This document shows, piece after piece, positions 16,508 to 16,644 of a DNA stretch of 16,644 nucleotides. A model generated the notes under the pieces. It was given only the letters and a program-made list of their open reading frames with translations. It was not told the origin of the DNA and did not search any database. The position numbers were made by a program, and so were the translations under genes. The stretch spans positions 1 to 16,644 of the forward strand of contig JBHIAC010000069.1 in NCBI GenBank assembly GCA_046758365.1. Direction: 5' to 3'. The stretch's first letter is position 1, and the number at the start of each line of letters is the position of its first letter. This DNA is from a bacterium. Lineage in GTDB: Bacteria; Zhuqueibacterota; Zhuqueibacteria; Oceanimicrobiales; Oceanimicrobiaceae.

Positions 16508-16644
16508 TCCTTAAAGTTGAAATTTTCATGCTTTTGCACCCTCGTTTTGTATTACTAAATTTATTTACGACATATTTTTAGAATTCCTTAGCAAATTCGA
16601 ATAGGCATCTCCTACATTTTATTTTTAAAGAAATAAATAAAAAT

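Noticed and set aside
1..16644. tRNA, rRNA, known riboswitch, transposase, integrase, prophage or defence genes
   Set aside because: Intergenic gaps are short and AT-rich with no recognisable RNA-gene motifs, and no ORF carries such signatures. Judged by eye, without covariance-model searches.

Overview
AT-rich bacterial core-chromosome segment with all credible genes on the minus strand. In transcription order: PorV-like beta-barrel | promoter | yicC-gmk-rpoZ-coaBC-udg(family 4)-dnaB-rel-HU/IHF | terminator-like hairpin | ruvX, internally deleted Gfo/Idh/MocA oxidoreductase, lnt, second PorV/FadL-like barrel, C-terminally anchored secreted protein, bamD, nadD | promoter | plsC, acidic Trp-repeat microprotein, Nudix hydrolase, possible basic microprotein. 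Gene order, omega type and PorV-like barrels suggest a diderm FCB-group-related organism such as KSB1, Calditrichota or Ignavibacteria (inference only). I see no mobile element, CRISPR array, RNA gene or defence system, and the sequence alone does not demonstrate a new multi-gene system. Best leads: (1) an acidic DW-repeat microprotein and a Lys-rich sORF flanking the Nudix gene; (2) an in-frame deletion of the oxidoreductase core that keeps coupling to lnt; (3) CoaBC with Thr at the catalytic Cys position; (4) an uncharacterised protein with a sorting-signal-like C-terminus next to bamD; (5) structured non-coding elements at 1504-1523, 15201-15236 and 16434-16529.
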